A DNA stretch of 64,000 nt. It comes from Planctomycetota bacterium. Its GTDB lineage: Bacteria > Planctomycetota > UBA1135 > UBA2386. Under the pieces are notes generated by a model. That model did no database searches, had not been told where the DNA came from, and worked only from the letters and a program-made list of their open reading frames with translations. The stretch is from positions 175,437 through 239,436 of the forward strand of contig JBFWWV010000001.1 of the NCBI GenBank assembly GCA_050245995.1, written 5' to 3'. Made by a program: the position numbers and the translations under genes. Of this stretch, positions 55,482 to 64,000 are shown piece by piece. Numbering within the stretch: the stretch's first letter is position 1; each line of letters starts with the position of its first letter.

Positions 55482-58478
55482 ATGTCGGGCCGCACTGGCC
55501 CGGCCGCGATCGCGCCGGGCGACCCCTCGGTGACGATCTCTTCTGCTCCTCCTGCCGCGCGGCCCTGCCCAGCCGACCTGCCGCTCGACCCGTCCGCGCT
55601 GCGGGCGCGGTCGTGGTGGTTCGGCCTGCCCGGGTGCCTGCTGTTGGCGCTGCTGGCGTGGCTGCCGACGGCGCTGCGGGCCGAGTTCCTGAACTTCGAC
55701 GACCCGTTCTTCTTCGGGCCGGACAACCCGCTGTTCCGCGCCGCCGCGGAGCGGGCGCAGGAGCACGGGGTGCTGGCCGGGCTGGCTACGGTGCTCGATC
55801 CGCGGCAGCTGGTCGCCGACGTCTACCTGCCGGTCGCGCACGGCTCGCTGTGGCTCGACTACTGGTGGTTCGCGCCGGACCCGCGCGGGCCGCACGTGAT
55901 GGCGGTGCTGCTGCACGCGCTGGCCGGCTTCGCGCTGCTGCGCTGGCTCACGGCGATGCGGCTGCCGGCGGCGCTGGCCGCGACGGCGACCGCGGTGTTC
56001 CTGGTGCACCCGGCGCTCGGCGAGTCGGTCGCCTGGGTCAGCAGCCGCAAGGACGTGCTGAGCGGCCTGTTCGTGTTCGCCGGCATGGCGCTGGTCGCGC
56101 GCGCCGGGCGCGGCGCAGGCCTCGGGCTGCTGGTGGCGCTCGCCGCGTGCGGCGTGCTGGCGATGTACTCGAAGGCCACCGCCGTCGTGCAGCCGCTGCT
56201 GGCGGTGCTGGTGTGCCTCTACACCGGCGGCGCGCGCAGCCGGTGGCTGGCGCCGCTGGTGCTGCTGCTGGTGACCGCGCCGATCGCGTGGCATCACCAG
56301 CTCAACGCCGCGACCGCGGGCACGATGGTGGCCGGCGGCGCGGCCGAGCGGCTGACGCAGGTGCCGGGCGCGTTCGCGCACTACCTGGCGACGGCGCTGT
56401 GGCCGCGCGGGCTCAACGTGCTCTACCCCGAGGTCGCGACGCTCGAACGGTTCCGCGATGCGCTGTGGTGGACCGCGCCGCTCGTGCTGGTCGTCGTGGC
56501 GCTCGGAATCTGGAGCTGGACGCGGCCGCGGCTGCGCGCGGTGGGCTTAGGCGCCATCGGCTTCCTGCTGGCGCTGCTGCCGTTCAACACCGCGTGGCCG
56601 GCGTCGGTGATCGCGGTCGCCGATCGCTACCTGTACCTCGCGGTGCCGTTCGCGGCGGTCGCGGTGCTGGCCTCGCTGCGGCCGCTGCTGCGGCGGCCGG
56701 CGCTGGTCGGCGTCGCGCTCACCGTGCCGCTGCTGCTGGCGACGTGGTCGCGCGCGCCCGCATTCGCGAGCAGCGGCGAGCTGTGGGAACGGAGCCTCGC
56801 CGCCGACGCCGACAACGCCGTCGCGCTGCTGAACCTGATCCAGGCGCGTTCGCCGTTCGCCGTCGACGTCGCGTGGGCGCGGCCGCTGGCCGAGCGCGCC
56901 GCCGAGGCCGCGCGCTACCCCGAGCACGCGCGAAGGGCGCACCTGCTGCTCGCGCAGTACGCGCTCGCCGAGCACCGCTACCAGGAGGCCGCGCAGCAGA
57001 CCGACGCGGCGCTGGCGGCCACCGAGCGCATCGGCGAGTCGGGCCGCGTGCTGCCGGCGGTCGTCGACGCGCTGCGCGCCCGCACGCTGGTGCTGGCGAT
57101 CACGCCGTACCGGCTGGCCGGCCGGCTCGACGACGCGCGCCGCGCGCTGCAGCGCGCCGAGCAGGTGGCGCCCGACGATCCCGGCGTCGTCGCCGCGGCG
57201 GTGCTGCTCGAGGTCGAGGCGTTGGCGGCGGAGCTCGCGGCGCCTTCCGCACCGGCACCCGATGGCGCGGCCCCATCGACGGCCCCATCGACCAAGCCGC
57301 GGCTCGCCGACGACGACCCACGCGTGCGCACCGTGGCCGAACGCATCCAGCGCGCGCGCGCGACGACGCCGGACGCGCCCGAGGTCGAGTGCGCCGCCGG
57401 CACGTTCGCGCGGCTGCGCGGTCGGCAGCTCGAGGCGATCGCCTGCTTCCGCCGCGCGCTCGCCAAGAACCCGGGCATGGTCGACGCGTGGCTCGGCGCC
57501 GCCGAGGTCTGCCTCGACAACGGGCTGTGCGCGGAGGCCGAGGACTACGCGCGGTCGGGCATCGCCACCAGCCGCCAGCTCGGCCAGCCGGTCGACCCGC
57601 GCCTTCGCCTCGCGCTGGTGCGCGGCCTGCAGGGGCTCGGCCGCATCGACGAGGCGATCGAGTCGCTGCGCGTCTACGTCGAGCAGCGGCCGCGCGACCG
57701 CGACGCGGCGCGGCTCTACTCGGGTCTCCTGATGCACAAGGCGCGGCAGCGGCTCGCCGACCCCGAGGTCACGCACGCCGAGCTGGAGCGGCTGGTCGAG
57801 CGCGCGCTGGCGGCCAATCCGCAGGAGCCGGCGGTCGACCTGGTGCGCGCGCGCATGCTGCGCGACCGGCGCGAGTTCGCGGCCGCGGTCGAGGCGCTCG
57901 ATCGGCTGGCTCTGGCGCTGCCCGACTTCGAGGACACCCGCGCGATGCTGGCCGAGAACCTGCGCGACCTCGGCTACGAACGGCTGTTCGCCGGCGACGA
58001 CGACGGCGCGGCCGCAGCCTGGGTGCGGTTCGTCGGGCTGGCGCCGCGGCAGGTCGACACCGAGGCGGTGCGCATGCAGCTGAAGGCGATCTGGCGCCGC
58101 GCCGAGGAGCGCGGCATCGCCGCGCGGCAGGCGGGCGACGAGGTCGCGGCGCAGCGCGCGTTCCGGCAGTGCCTGCAGATCGACCCGGACCACCACTGGG
58201 CGGCGTGGCTGCTGCTGACCGGGTTGCTCGACGACCCGGCGGCGGATCCGGTCGAGCTGCAGGACCTCAGCGACAAGGCGCTGCGCTGGCAGCAGCAGCA
58301 CGGCCTCGACCGCAGCCGGCAAGTGGCCGCGCGCGCCATGGTGCTGCGCCGCGTCGGGCGCGGCGAGGAGGCGCTTGCGCTGGTCGACGGCTACCTCGAA
58401 GGGCCCGACGCCGAGGCGCCGCCGCCGGTGCTGTCGATGCTGCGCCAGCTGCGCGGCGACCTGGCGGAAGGCCGCTGA
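55482..58478 (+). CDS. TMTC-like membrane protein: polytopic N-terminal glycosyltransferase-C-like/DUF1736-type domain + C-terminal TPR array
   Basis: In frame within ORF 53184..58478; ATG 55482. About 10 TM helices after FLNFDDPFFFGPDNPLF. HPALGESVAWVSSRKDVLSGLF. C-terminal TPR-like repeats (AIACFRRALAKNPGMVDAWLGAAEVCL, etc.). Confidence 0.7.
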   Translation: MSGRTGPAAIAPGDPSVTISSAPPAARPCPADLPLDPSALRARSWWFGLPGCLLLALLAWLPTALRAEFLNFDDPFFFGPDNPLFRAAAERAQEHGVLAGLATVLDPRQLVADVYLPVAHGSLWLDYWWFAPDPRGPHVMAVLLHALAGFALLRWLTAMRLPAALAATATAVFLVHPALGESVAWVSSRKDVLSGLFVFAGMALVARAGRGAGLGLLVALAACGVLAMYSKATAVVQPLLAVLVCLYTGGARSRWLAPLVLLLVTAPIAWHHQLNAATAGTMVAGGAAERLTQVPGAFAHYLATALWPRGLNVLYPEVATLERFRDALWWTAPLVLVVVALGIWSWTRPRLRAVGLGAIGFLLALLPFNTAWPASVIAVADRYLYLAVPFAAVAVLASLRPLLRRPALVGVALTVPLLLATWSRAPAFASSGELWERSLAADADNAVALLNLIQARSPFAVDVAWARPLAERAAEAARYPEHARRAHLLLAQYALAEHRYQEAAQQTDAALAATERIGESGRVLPAVVDALRARTLVLAITPYRLAGRLDDARRALQRAEQVAPDDPGVVAAAVLLEVEALAAELAAPSAPAPDGAAPSTAPSTKPRLADDDPRVRTVAERIQRARATTPDAPEVECAAGTFARLRGRQLEAIACFRRALAKNPGMVDAWLGAAEVCLDNGLCAEAEDYARSGIATSRQLGQPVDPRLRLALVRGLQGLGRIDEAIESLRVYVEQRPRDRDAARLYSGLLMHKARQRLADPEVTHAELERLVERALAANPQEPAVDLVRARMLRDRREFAAAVEALDRLALALPDFEDTRAMLAENLRDLGYERLFAGDDDGAAAAWVRFVGLAPRQVDTEAVRMQLKAIWRRAEERGIAARQAGDEVAAQRAFRQCLQIDPDHHWAAWLLLTGLLDDPAADPVELQDLSDKALRWQQQHGLDRSRQVAARAMVLRRVGRGEEALALVDGYLEGPDAEAPPPVLSMLRQLRGDLAEGR

Positions 58479-58625
58479 CCCGCGGGTTTTTCGGACCGCC
58501 GCCAGTGCCTTGTTTCGGTCGGCGCGCGTCGCTACGTTCGTCCCCTCGGCTCCGGGCGGTCACCCGGAGGTGGTCCCAGCGGTTTCCACGGATCCGGCGC
58601 TCCGGTCAGGGCGCGGGAGGGTGTC

Positions 58626-59267
58626 TTGGCTCGCAAGGCTAGCGATCTCATGAGTCTGTTGGCGCATCGCGGCAGCATGCGCCGGCGTTCCCGGTCGTCC
58701 GGGTGGTTCCAGAAGGCCGTGTCCTCGGTCCGGACGCTGGTGTCGGGGCGCGACGAGTCGCCGGTCGGCCGCCGCAAGGGGCAGAGCGGCAACACGGCGA
58801 TCGTCGGCATCGTGCTCGGCTGCGTCGGGGTCGGCTACCTGCTGGGCAACGCGTTCCCGTGGACCGCTGCCGCCAGCGAGGGCGGTCTGCGCGCCGACGC
58901 CGGCACCGGCGGCACGCCGGGGGCGAACCGCGGCATCGCGCCCGGCCCGATCGGCGAGCAGGAGGACCTGCGGCCGCTGGCCGAGAGCTGGTTCTTCACG
59001 TCGGTCTACGACGACCTGGCGTCGGCCCGAGCTGCCGCGACCTGGCTGCGCGACCACGAACTGCCGACTGCCCGGCCGCGCGAGTTCCCGCTCAACGGCA
59101 AGCTGACCTACAGCCTGGTGGTCTACTTCGACGGGCCCAGCCAGCGCGACCAGTTCCGGCAGCAGTTGCTGGCCGTGGAGCCGTCGGACGAGCAGTTCGC
59201 CAGCTTCCGACTCGGCACCCCGAACTGGCCGATCGTGCAGGGCCGCGAGGCCAGCCGGCCGCGCTGA
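58626..59267 (+). CDS. Hypothetical single-TM protein, possible SPOR-like C-terminal domain
   Basis: Track start is TTG 58626; ATG 58650 is the alternative. TM AIVGIVLGCVGVGYLLGNAF. C-terminal WFFTSVYDDLASARAAATWLRDHELP...YSLVVYFDG. Confidence 0.4.
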   Translation: MARKASDLMSLLAHRGSMRRRSRSSGWFQKAVSSVRTLVSGRDESPVGRRKGQSGNTAIVGIVLGCVGVGYLLGNAFPWTAAASEGGLRADAGTGGTPGANRGIAPGPIGEQEDLRPLAESWFFTSVYDDLASARAAATWLRDHELPTARPREFPLNGKLTYSLVVYFDGPSQRDQFRQQLLAVEPSDEQFASFRLGTPNWPIVQGREASRPR

Positions 59268-59310
59268 CGCCCGCAAGTGCGGACGGTCGGCGCCCGCCGG
59301 CCGCGCCGCT

Positions 59311-59339
59311 CTTGCCCACGGGCCGCCCGAATCGTAGAC
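59311..59339 (+). promoter_or_regulatory. Sigma70-like promoter candidate TTGCCC-17 nt-TAGACT upstream of the small basic protein gene
   Basis: ttgccc 59311-59316, tagact 59334-59339, about 45 nt before ATG 59385. Confidence 0.3.
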
Positions 59340-59384
59340 TCCTCGCCCCTTTTGGCACCGGCCGCGGCCGGTCGCCCAGCAGTC

Positions 59385-59588
59385 ATGACGATCCACACCA
59401 GTCTGAAGATCTCCGGCGCCGGCGGCGGCCAGCGCAACGTCTGGTCCCGCATGGAGCGCATCGCCGCCCTCAAGAAGGCCGGCCGCTGGTCCGACGGCGG
59501 CAAGGTCACCGGGCTGCCGAAGGTCCGCACGCGCTTCAAGGTCAAGGCCAAGAAGAAGGCCGCGGACAAGGACGAAGCGAAGAAGTGA
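59385..59588 (+). CDS. Small basic protein (67 aa; resembles the conserved small-basic-protein family, TIGR04137-like, from memory)
   Basis: In frame within ORF 59277..59588. MTIHTSLKISGAGGGQRNVWSRMERIAALKKAGRWSDGGKVTGLPKVRTRFKVKAKKKAADKDEAKK. Confidence 0.6.
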   Translation: MTIHTSLKISGAGGGQRNVWSRMERIAALKKAGRWSDGGKVTGLPKVRTRFKVKAKKKAADKDEAKK

Positions 59589-59700
59589 CCCGCGGCGGCG
59601 CCGCGGGGCCCGCGACCACCGTGGCCCGCACCAACCCACAGCGCGGCGGGCGACCGCCGGAGTCCGGCCCGCGTGAGCCCGCGCGGCGGAGGACCTGAAC

Positions 59701-60840
59701 GTGCTGTCCGAACGCGTGGGGCGCATCGAGCCGAGCGGCATCCGCCGCATCTTCGAGCTGATGTCGACGATGGAGGACCCGATCAACCTGTCGATCGGGC
59801 AGGCGCACTACGAGGCGCCCGAGGCGCTCGTCGAGGCGGCGTGCCGCGCGCTGCGCCAGGGCTTCAACCGCTACACGGTGACGCAGGGGCTGCCGGCGCT
59901 GAACGCGCGCATCCTCGACCAGGTCACGGCGCGCTACGGCCGCCGCCCCGAGTCGTGCCTCGTCACGTCGGGCGTATCGGGCGGCATCGCGCTGGCGTTC
60001 CTTGCCCTGCTCGATCCGGGCGACGAGATCCTGCTGCCGGACCCCGGGTTCATGATGTACCGCACGCTGGCCACGGTGCTGGGGGCGGTACCGAAGTTCT
60101 ATTCGACCTACCCGCGCGGGCCGGGCGAGGGCGGCCGCGACGCGCGGTTCGCGCTCGACGCGGCCGAGCTGGAGGCGCGGATCACCGACCGCACGCGCGT
60201 GCTGTTCCTGAACTCGCCGTCGAACCCGACCGGCGCAGTGCTTTCGCGCGCGGAGGTCGAGGCCGCGTGCGCGGTCGCCGACAAGCACGGCCTCACGCTG
60301 GTCAGCGACGAGATCTACGACTTCTTCGTCTACGACGGCGAGTTCACCTCGCCGGTCGCGCTGTCGGACCGCTGCGTGCAGCTCGGCGGCTTCAGCAAGA
60401 CGTTCGGCGTGCCGGGCTGGCGCATGGGCTACGCGACCGGGCCGGCCAACGTCCTCGACGCGATGAAGACGCTGCAGCAGTTCAGCTTCGTCTGCGCGCC
60501 GGCGCCGTTCCAGCACGCGCTGCTGGACGCCGCGTTCGACCTCGACATGCGGCCGTACCGCGACGACTACCGCCACAAGCGCGACCTCGTCACGCGCGAG
60601 CTGCACCCGTCGTACGGCCTGCGCGCGCCCGAGGGCTCGTTCTACGCGTTCCCGCGGCTGCCCGCCGGCAACACTGGCGCCGACTTCCTGCAGGCGGCGA
60701 TCGATCACCGCCTGCTGATCGTGCCCGGCAAGGCGTTCTCGCAGCGCGACACGCACTTCCGCCTGTCGTTCGCCGCCGACGACGCCACGCTGCGGCGCGG
60801 CATCGCGGTGCTCAACGAACTCGCCGCGGGCCGCGCGTAG
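59701..60840 (+). CDS. Class I/II pyridoxal-phosphate aminotransferase (aspartate/aromatic aminotransferase-like)
   Basis: GTG start. PSGIRRIFEL, NRYTVTQGLPAL, LNSPSNPTGAV, SDEIYD, GFSKTFGVPGWRMGY (PLP Lys), RLSF. Confidence 0.9.
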   Translation: MLSERVGRIEPSGIRRIFELMSTMEDPINLSIGQAHYEAPEALVEAACRALRQGFNRYTVTQGLPALNARILDQVTARYGRRPESCLVTSGVSGGIALAFLALLDPGDEILLPDPGFMMYRTLATVLGAVPKFYSTYPRGPGEGGRDARFALDAAELEARITDRTRVLFLNSPSNPTGAVLSRAEVEAACAVADKHGLTLVSDEIYDFFVYDGEFTSPVALSDRCVQLGGFSKTFGVPGWRMGYATGPANVLDAMKTLQQFSFVCAPAPFQHALLDAAFDLDMRPYRDDYRHKRDLVTRELHPSYGLRAPEGSFYAFPRLPAGNTGADFLQAAIDHRLLIVPGKAFSQRDTHFRLSFAADDATLRRGIAVLNELAAGRA

Positions 60841-60847
60841 GACCGCC

Positions 60848-61603
60848 GTGGGCGACGAGCGCGCGCCGCTGGTCGAGATGTTCTGGTCGGTCCAGGGCGA
60901 GGGCCGCTGGGTCGGCCGGCCGATGGCGTTCGTGCGCGTGGCGACGTGTCCCCTGCGCTGCACCTACTGCGACACCGTGACCAGCTACAAGGCGCCGGCG
61001 GTGCTGCCGGTGCGCTGCGACTCCGGCGAGGAGCTGCAGGAGCCCAACCCGGTGGCCGCCGCGCGCGCCGACGAACTGCTGCAGCGGCTGATGCCGGTCG
61101 GCAGCGGGCGCGCGGTGTCGGTGACCGGCGGCGAGCCGCTGGTGGCGCCGGCGTTCGTGCACGCGCTCGGCGCCCGCCTGCGCGCGCGCGGCGACCGCCT
61201 GCACCTCGAGACCGCGGCGATCGACCCGGGCGCGCTCGCGCGCTGCGTCGCCGAGGTCGATCACCTGTCGGCCGACTACAAGCTGCCGGAGACGATCGGC
61301 GGCGCCGACCACGGCGAGGCCCACGCGGCCTGCTGTGCCCTGGCGCTCGAGCGCGGCGCGACGGTCGACGTGAAGATCGTGCTGACGCCAGGCGCGGCCG
61401 AGCGTTCGCTGGTGCGGGCGCTCGAGCGCCTGCGCCCGCTGCGCGAGCGCGTGCTGCTGGTGCTGCAGCCGGTGACCCCGTGCCTCGACGAGCCCGCGCC
61501 GGTGCCCCCGGCGCAGCTGCGCCGCGCCATCGCGCTGGCGCACGAACGCGGCTTCGACCTGCGGGTCCTGCCGCAGGTGCACAAGGCGCTGCAGGTGCCC
61601 TGA
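60848..61603 (+). CDS. queE: Radical SAM enzyme, 7-carboxy-7-deazaguanine synthase (QueE)-like
   Basis: GTG start. EMFWSVQGEGRWVGRPMAFVRVATCPLRCTYCDT (CxxxCxxC), SVTGGEPL. No queC/queD/queF in the window. Confidence 0.7.
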   Translation: MGDERAPLVEMFWSVQGEGRWVGRPMAFVRVATCPLRCTYCDTVTSYKAPAVLPVRCDSGEELQEPNPVAAARADELLQRLMPVGSGRAVSVTGGEPLVAPAFVHALGARLRARGDRLHLETAAIDPGALARCVAEVDHLSADYKLPETIGGADHGEAHAACCALALERGATVDVKIVLTPGAAERSLVRALERLRPLRERVLLVLQPVTPCLDEPAPVPPAQLRRAIALAHERGFDLRVLPQVHKALQVP

Positions 61604-61704
61604 CCGGCGCCCGCCGCGCGCGGCGCCGCGGCGTCCCGGACCGGGCCCGGCAGGGAGTTCGGCGCGTTACGTCGGCGTCTCCGGGCGCTACTCTGGCCCG
61701 CGCC

Positions 61705-62913
61705 ATGCAACCGCACCGCATCCGTTCGCCGCGACGTGCCGCGTTCGCCCTGGTGGCGTCGGCGCTCGCGGCGTTGGCATCGGGCGCTCCCGTCCGCGGG
61801 CAGGACGCGCCGCCGGTCGTGACCTGCCGCAACTGCGGCAACCACGGCATGCACGACTGCAGCAAGCACAAGAAGGGCTGGCTCGAGCGCGAGCAGGCGA
61901 TCCTGTTCTGCAGCGTCGCGCAGGAGTGCAAGACCTGCGCCGGCGCCCTGGCCGTCGACTGCAAGGTGTGCCGCAACGAGGCGGCCGAGGCCGAGCTGGA
62001 GCGCCGGCGCAAGCTGGCGCAGGAGTGGCGCGAGGCACTGCGCACCGGGATCGACGAGCACGCCAAGGGCGAACCGCTGCTGCACCTGAAGACCGAGAAC
62101 GTCGACCTCGGCTGCGGCATCGAGCGGCTGACGGTGGGCCGCGACAAGCTCGACACCCACGAGATCCTGCACCTCTACGGCGAGCGGATCGAGGCGCTGC
62201 GCGCGCTGTTCCTCGGCGAGCTGCAGCTCGAGGAGGGCGACTTCTCGACGCGGCTGCGGGTCTACATGTGCCGCGACGGCCGCCAGTCGTCCAACCTCGC
62301 GCCGCGCGTCACCGGCATCGGCGGCAACATGGCGGTCGGCGTCAAGCTGATGGGCATCGAGGCCGTCTACTGCATGTGGCAGAACCCGCGCGGCCTGCCC
62401 GACGACGAGGCCCTGCACCGCAACATCGTGCACAACGTCACGCACCTTCTGCTCGCGAACATGGCGCCCGCCGGCTACTTCGGCAACCCGAAGAACGGCT
62501 GGGTCGACGAGGGGTTGGCGCACTGGTTCGAGGAGAAGCTCGACGGCAAGTGCACCAACTACTGCTTCGAGGAGGTGCTGCTGCAGCAGGGGCAGCTCTA
62601 CAAGGGCGGTCGCTGGAAGGTGCCGGTGCGCAGGTCGCTCGAGGCCGGCGAGCTGGTGAGCCTCGCCGAGCTCGGCGAGAAGAACACCGATCAGCTCACG
62701 TTCCCCGAGCACGCGCAGTCGTTCGCGATGGTCGACTACCTGATGCAGGTGTTCGGCGGCGACAAGATGCGCGAGTTCCTGCGCCTGCTGAAGGGCAAGA
62801 CCGAGATGCGCGACGCGCTGCAGAAGGTGTACGGGATGAATCCGTTGCAGTTCGACCCCGCGTTCCACGAGTGGGTGCGCGAGACCTATCCCCTGGTGGA
62901 GCCGCCGCGGTGA
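61705..62913 (+). CDS. Secreted protein: DnaJ-type Cys-rich zinc-finger module + DUF1570/peptidase-MA-like domain
   Basis: In frame within ORF 60946..62913; ATG 61705, signal FALVASALAALASGAPVRGQ. CRNCGNHGMHDC...CKTCAGALAVDCKVC. HRNIVHNVTHLLL...GWVDEGLAHWFEE. Confidence 0.65.
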   Translation: MQPHRIRSPRRAAFALVASALAALASGAPVRGQDAPPVVTCRNCGNHGMHDCSKHKKGWLEREQAILFCSVAQECKTCAGALAVDCKVCRNEAAEAELERRRKLAQEWREALRTGIDEHAKGEPLLHLKTENVDLGCGIERLTVGRDKLDTHEILHLYGERIEALRALFLGELQLEEGDFSTRLRVYMCRDGRQSSNLAPRVTGIGGNMAVGVKLMGIEAVYCMWQNPRGLPDDEALHRNIVHNVTHLLLANMAPAGYFGNPKNGWVDEGLAHWFEEKLDGKCTNYCFEEVLLQQGQLYKGGRWKVPVRRSLEAGELVSLAELGEKNTDQLTFPEHAQSFAMVDYLMQVFGGDKMREFLRLLKGKTEMRDALQKVYGMNPLQFDPAFHEWVRETYPLVEPPR

Positions 62914-64000
62914 GGTCGCGGCGAACGGCGGCCGGGTTCGTGCTGGCGCTCGGCCTGGCGCCCGCGCTGGACGCGCAGGGGCCGCTCTACCGCGAGCGGT
63001 GGACCGACCTGCACCTCGAACGGCTGCGCCTGCTGGTGCAGCACGAGGCCGAGGGCCGCGACGACGCTGTGCTGCAGCGGGTCGCCGACCTGCTGACGGA
63101 GGACGGGCGCGGCATCCCGTTCGTGCCGGCGGCCCGCGCATTGGCGCACCTGCGCGGCGTCGAGCCCGACCCGGCGTTCGTCCTGCGGGCGACGATGGGG
63201 GTGTTCCTGCTGCCCGAAGTGGTCGATCCCGAGGCGACGGTCGAGGACTGCCACCGGCTCAACGTGACGCCGGTGCTCCCGTACGAGCTGCCGTTGCCGG
63301 GGGCGATCACCTTCGCGATCGAGGTCGTCGACGCGGCCGGCGCGGTGGTGCACGCCGCTCGCGACGAGGAGGCGGTGGAGAACCACGACCTGCGCATGGG
63401 CCACCGCACGCTGACCGTGCCGGGCGCCGAGCTCGGCGACGGCACCTACCGGCTGCGGCTGCGCACGCTGATCGACGGCGCCGAGCCGCGCGACGGCGAC
63501 CCGGTGCTGGAGCACCGGTTCCACGTGCTACGCGGCTATCAGCAGCGGGCGCTCGCGGCGCGGGACGGCGTCGCCGCCGCCGTCGCCGCCGGCATGGAGC
63601 CGACGATGGAGGCCGTCCTGCGCGGGATGGACCTCGAGATCCTGCGCGCCTACACCGGCGAGGCGTTCGACGGCTTCAGCGACGCCGTCGGTGACCTGCG
63701 CCGCGCCGAGCGCGCGCTGCAGAATCTCGCCGAGGACGCGCCGCTGCTGCGCGGCTTCGACGGCGAACTGCCGGCGGCGCTGCCCACCGGCGGCTCGGAG
63801 TTGCTGGGGGCCACGTGGCGGTGGCCGAGCGCGGCGAAGGGGACCGAGCCCCGGCCGCTGGTCGTGGTCATCGGCGCCGCGCCGTCGCTCGACGTCGCGG
63901 CACGTCGGCCGTCGGCGCCGGCGACCCGCAGCAGCCGCTGGACCCGCCTGCGGCTCGGCGACTTCGGGCTCGGCGGCGCCTGGCCGATCGCCTGGCTGCA
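62910..64000 (+). CDS. Hypothetical exported protein; 3' end beyond the window
   Basis: Not in the track because there is no stop. GTG 62910 overlaps the previous stop (GTGA). Hand translation VRSRRTAAGFVLALGLAPALDAQGPLYRERW... stays open to 64000. Confidence 0.45.
   Translation, partial: MRSRRTAAGFVLALGLAPALDAQGPLYRERWTDLHLERLRLLVQHEAEGRDDAVLQRVADLLTEDGRGIPFVPAARALAHLRGVEPDPAFVLRATMGVFLLPEVVDPEATVEDCHRLNVTPVLPYELPLPGAITFAIEVVDAAGAVVHAARDEEAVENHDLRMGHRTLTVPGAELGDGTYRLRLRTLIDGAEPRDGDPVLEHRFHVLRGYQQRALAARDGVAAAVAAGMEPTMEAVLRGMDLEILRAYTGEAFDGFSDAVGDLRRAERALQNLAEDAPLLRGFDGELPAALPTGGSELLGATWRWPSAAKGTEPRPLVVVIGAAPSLDVAARRPSAPATRSSRWTRLRLGDFGLGGAWPIAWL

Overview
Very GC-rich chromosomal segment (about 70% GC or more by eye, not computed), densely packed with about 50 protein-coding genes. 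I found no rRNA, tRNA, CRISPR array, transposase or integrase. Because of the GC content, most of the very long ORFs in the track are antisense or out-of-frame shadows. Real genes were picked by protein-like composition, recognisable motifs, signal peptides and 4-nt start/stop overlaps.

Content, left to right:
- EF-hand protein, NYN-domain protein and a lipoprotein.
- An OmpR-type two-component operon.
- A six-gene, translationally coupled methyltransferase plus 2x(ABC ATPase + permease) plus histidine-kinase operon.
- A Tex / NUDIX-like / small-protein operon, and a GT9 heptosyltransferase.
- Two tandem paralogous secreted repeat proteins.
- A Memo-family protein.
- An FHA-GAF-sigma54 activator coupled to a giant Ser/Thr kinase.
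- acpS, a JAB/MPN protein, an M28 peptidase, a Cys/Met PLP enzyme and hutU.
- A BY-kinase-type ATPase + coiled-coil protein + MamK-family actin trio.
- A small HEAT-repeat gene enclosed by about 400-bp inverted repeats, then a HAD hydrolase.
- A minus-strand block: secretin / exbD / exbD / exbB / TPR / large TPR-like / secretin.
- Family-4 UDG, a cupin-like protein, a TMTC-like membrane-TPR protein, a small basic protein, an aminotransferase, a QueE-like radical SAM enzyme, and a zinc-finger DUF1570-like secreted protein.

Weak taxonomic hints suggest a PVC/Planctomycetota-like or similar high-GC Gram-negative organism: the DUF1570-like protein, the small basic protein, abundant TPR and secretin genes, and the STPK plus FHA activator. 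This cannot be confirmed without searches.

Most interesting candidates:
1. Two lipoprotein-type secretins bracketing exbB-exbD-exbD and two periplasmic TPR proteins, with no T2SS/T4P/T3SS or TonB partners in the window.
2. The MamK-like actin / ParA-MinD-superfamily ATPase / coiled-coil module, outside any magnetosome context.
3. The inverted-repeat-flanked HEAT gene.

All functional calls rest on motif recognition by eye. No database search was run.
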